DNA of 62,340 nucleotides, filler included, from Rhabdomonas costata (Eukaryota): NCBI GenBank assembly GCA_019059605.1. It is 31 parts of 31 records of this genome, joined end to end, with 100 filler letters (N's around TTAATTAATTAA, not from the genome) between each part and the next. Parts side by side here need not be neighbours in the genome. Positions count along the whole stretch, not along the records: positions 60,428 to 62,340 come from JAHMHO010007457.1; 30 more parts are not named here. One strand, 5' to 3'. Shown piece by piece: positions 61,154 to 62,340 of this stretch (position 1 is its first letter; each line of letters starts with the position of its first letter). The notes under the pieces were generated by a model. It saw only the letters and a program-made list of their open reading frames with translations, ran no database searches and was not told where the DNA came from. The position numbers and the translations under genes were made by a program.

Positions 61154-62134
61154 ATGTCTGCCACATCGGCGAAGCCCAATGAGGTGGAGTTCGACACCAG
61201 CAAGGGGGCGTACTTTGAGAAGACCAAGCGCTCCAAGGGCCACCTCACCACAGAGGAGCTTGCGCAGCTCCCCCTGCTGCAGCAGGTGAACTGGCTGTAC
61301 ACCACGATCATCTTCTTCCCGATGATTGTGACGGCGATTGGGATCGCGATGGTGCCGCTGCGGCTGGGAACGTTCCTAATGGGGCTCTTCTTCTACTTGT
61401 GCGCCGGAATTTCTATCACCGGAGGCTATCACCGCCTCTGGGCGCACCGGTGTCTGATTATCCTGCGCACACGTACACGCATAGACATACATTGAGAGGT
61501 TAGCCTTCGTATTTTACTGTAAATTGCGTTCGCTCAGGCCCACGCCATATGCCCTGGATGTGTTTCTTCTTAGCAAAATTCATACTTTGCTATTTTATAT
61601 TAATTGAATCATTGCAATGATTCAATTAATGCGAGGAAAATATTTTCTTCTTTGGGCCCGTCTAGTGCACCGCTGCCAATAGTATTATACACCCTATTTT
61701 TGTGGGGGGACTTCTCTTTCTTTTGAGCAAAGGAGGGCTAAGCCGAAACATGCCTGGGGTTTTTTGTATTTGTTATTTATTATTTGGATATTATGCGCGA
61801 TATAATGATATTTTAGTATAATGAAATAGTACCATATTGTACGGGCACCCCCTCCCCGGCATCATTTCCCCCTTCTTCTTGTTCTTCTTCTTCCTTCTTT
61901 TTGTTGTCGATCTTGTTTGGCTTTGGTGGTGGCATTTACCAGTGGTTGATTTTTTCTGTGATCAGCGCATATGAGGCGCACTGGGCTGCCCACCTGTTCT
62001 TCGCTGTGTTCGGCGCTGCGGCGTTCGAGGGCTCCGCTCGGTGGTGGGCCCGCTTGCACCGCGCGCACCACCGCTACATCGACAGTAAGCACGACCCCTA
62101 CCGCACCCTGGATGGCTTCTGGCACGCCCACTGG
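61154..62134 (+). CDS. OLE1: Delta-9 (stearoyl-CoA) fatty acid desaturase, 5' part
   Basis: Exons 61154-61449 and 61966-62134, phase-2 join: ITGGYHRLWAHR/AY, EGSARWWARLHRAHHRYID..HDPY...GFWHAH (His boxes 1 and 2). Confidence 0.93.
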
Positions 62135-62340
62135 GTACTATGTCTACCGCCGTACACCCCTCTTTCATGTCTTTCTGAAGTGTGTGATTTTTTTCGCACA
62201 CCCAAGCGCGACGATAAGAAAACAAAGGAGAAATTGTTCAAGAAACCAAAAGCCAGCAGCGCAAGCCAATTGTTCAGGCGAAAAACAATGCAATTCATTA
62301 CACGTGGGTGCAAAGGCTGAGAGAAGAAAGGCAAAGTATC

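Overview
This is not a contiguous locus. It is 31 unrelated contigs of about 1.9 kb (mostly 1913-1915 bp) joined by 30 artificial 100-bp spacers (N44-TTAATTAATTAA-N44), so genes in different contigs are not neighbours. The DNA is intron-rich eukaryotic nuclear sequence, most likely from a euglenid (inference). Evidence: a BLUF domain close to the first BLUF domain of Euglena PAC, a kinetoplastid-style receptor adenylate cyclase, and an intron with the euglenid non-conventional consensus. G/T-only contig ends and terminal fold-backs suggest whole-genome-amplified template. Manual splicing recovers partial genes for a doublecortin-domain protein, a Cdc25/Acr2-like rhodanese, kinesin-3, RNPS1, a BLUF protein, a Venus-flytrap domain, NOP58, a MATE transporter, a CNBD-type channel, GRP94, a receptor adenylate cyclase, an ankyrin protein, NDUFA9, an RRM protein, a GDPGP1/VTC2-like protein and a delta-9 desaturase. 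The best candidate for a novel system is a family of single-pass receptor-like proteins: variable Cys-rich ectodomain, transmembrane helix, then a cytoplasmic ADP-ribosyltransferase-like domain. Two paralogues (12077-13156 minus, 42397-44164 plus) and a third copy of one ectodomain exon (35389-35499 minus) occur in this small sample, built largely from phase-1 exons. All family assignments are from motif recognition by eye; no database search was run.
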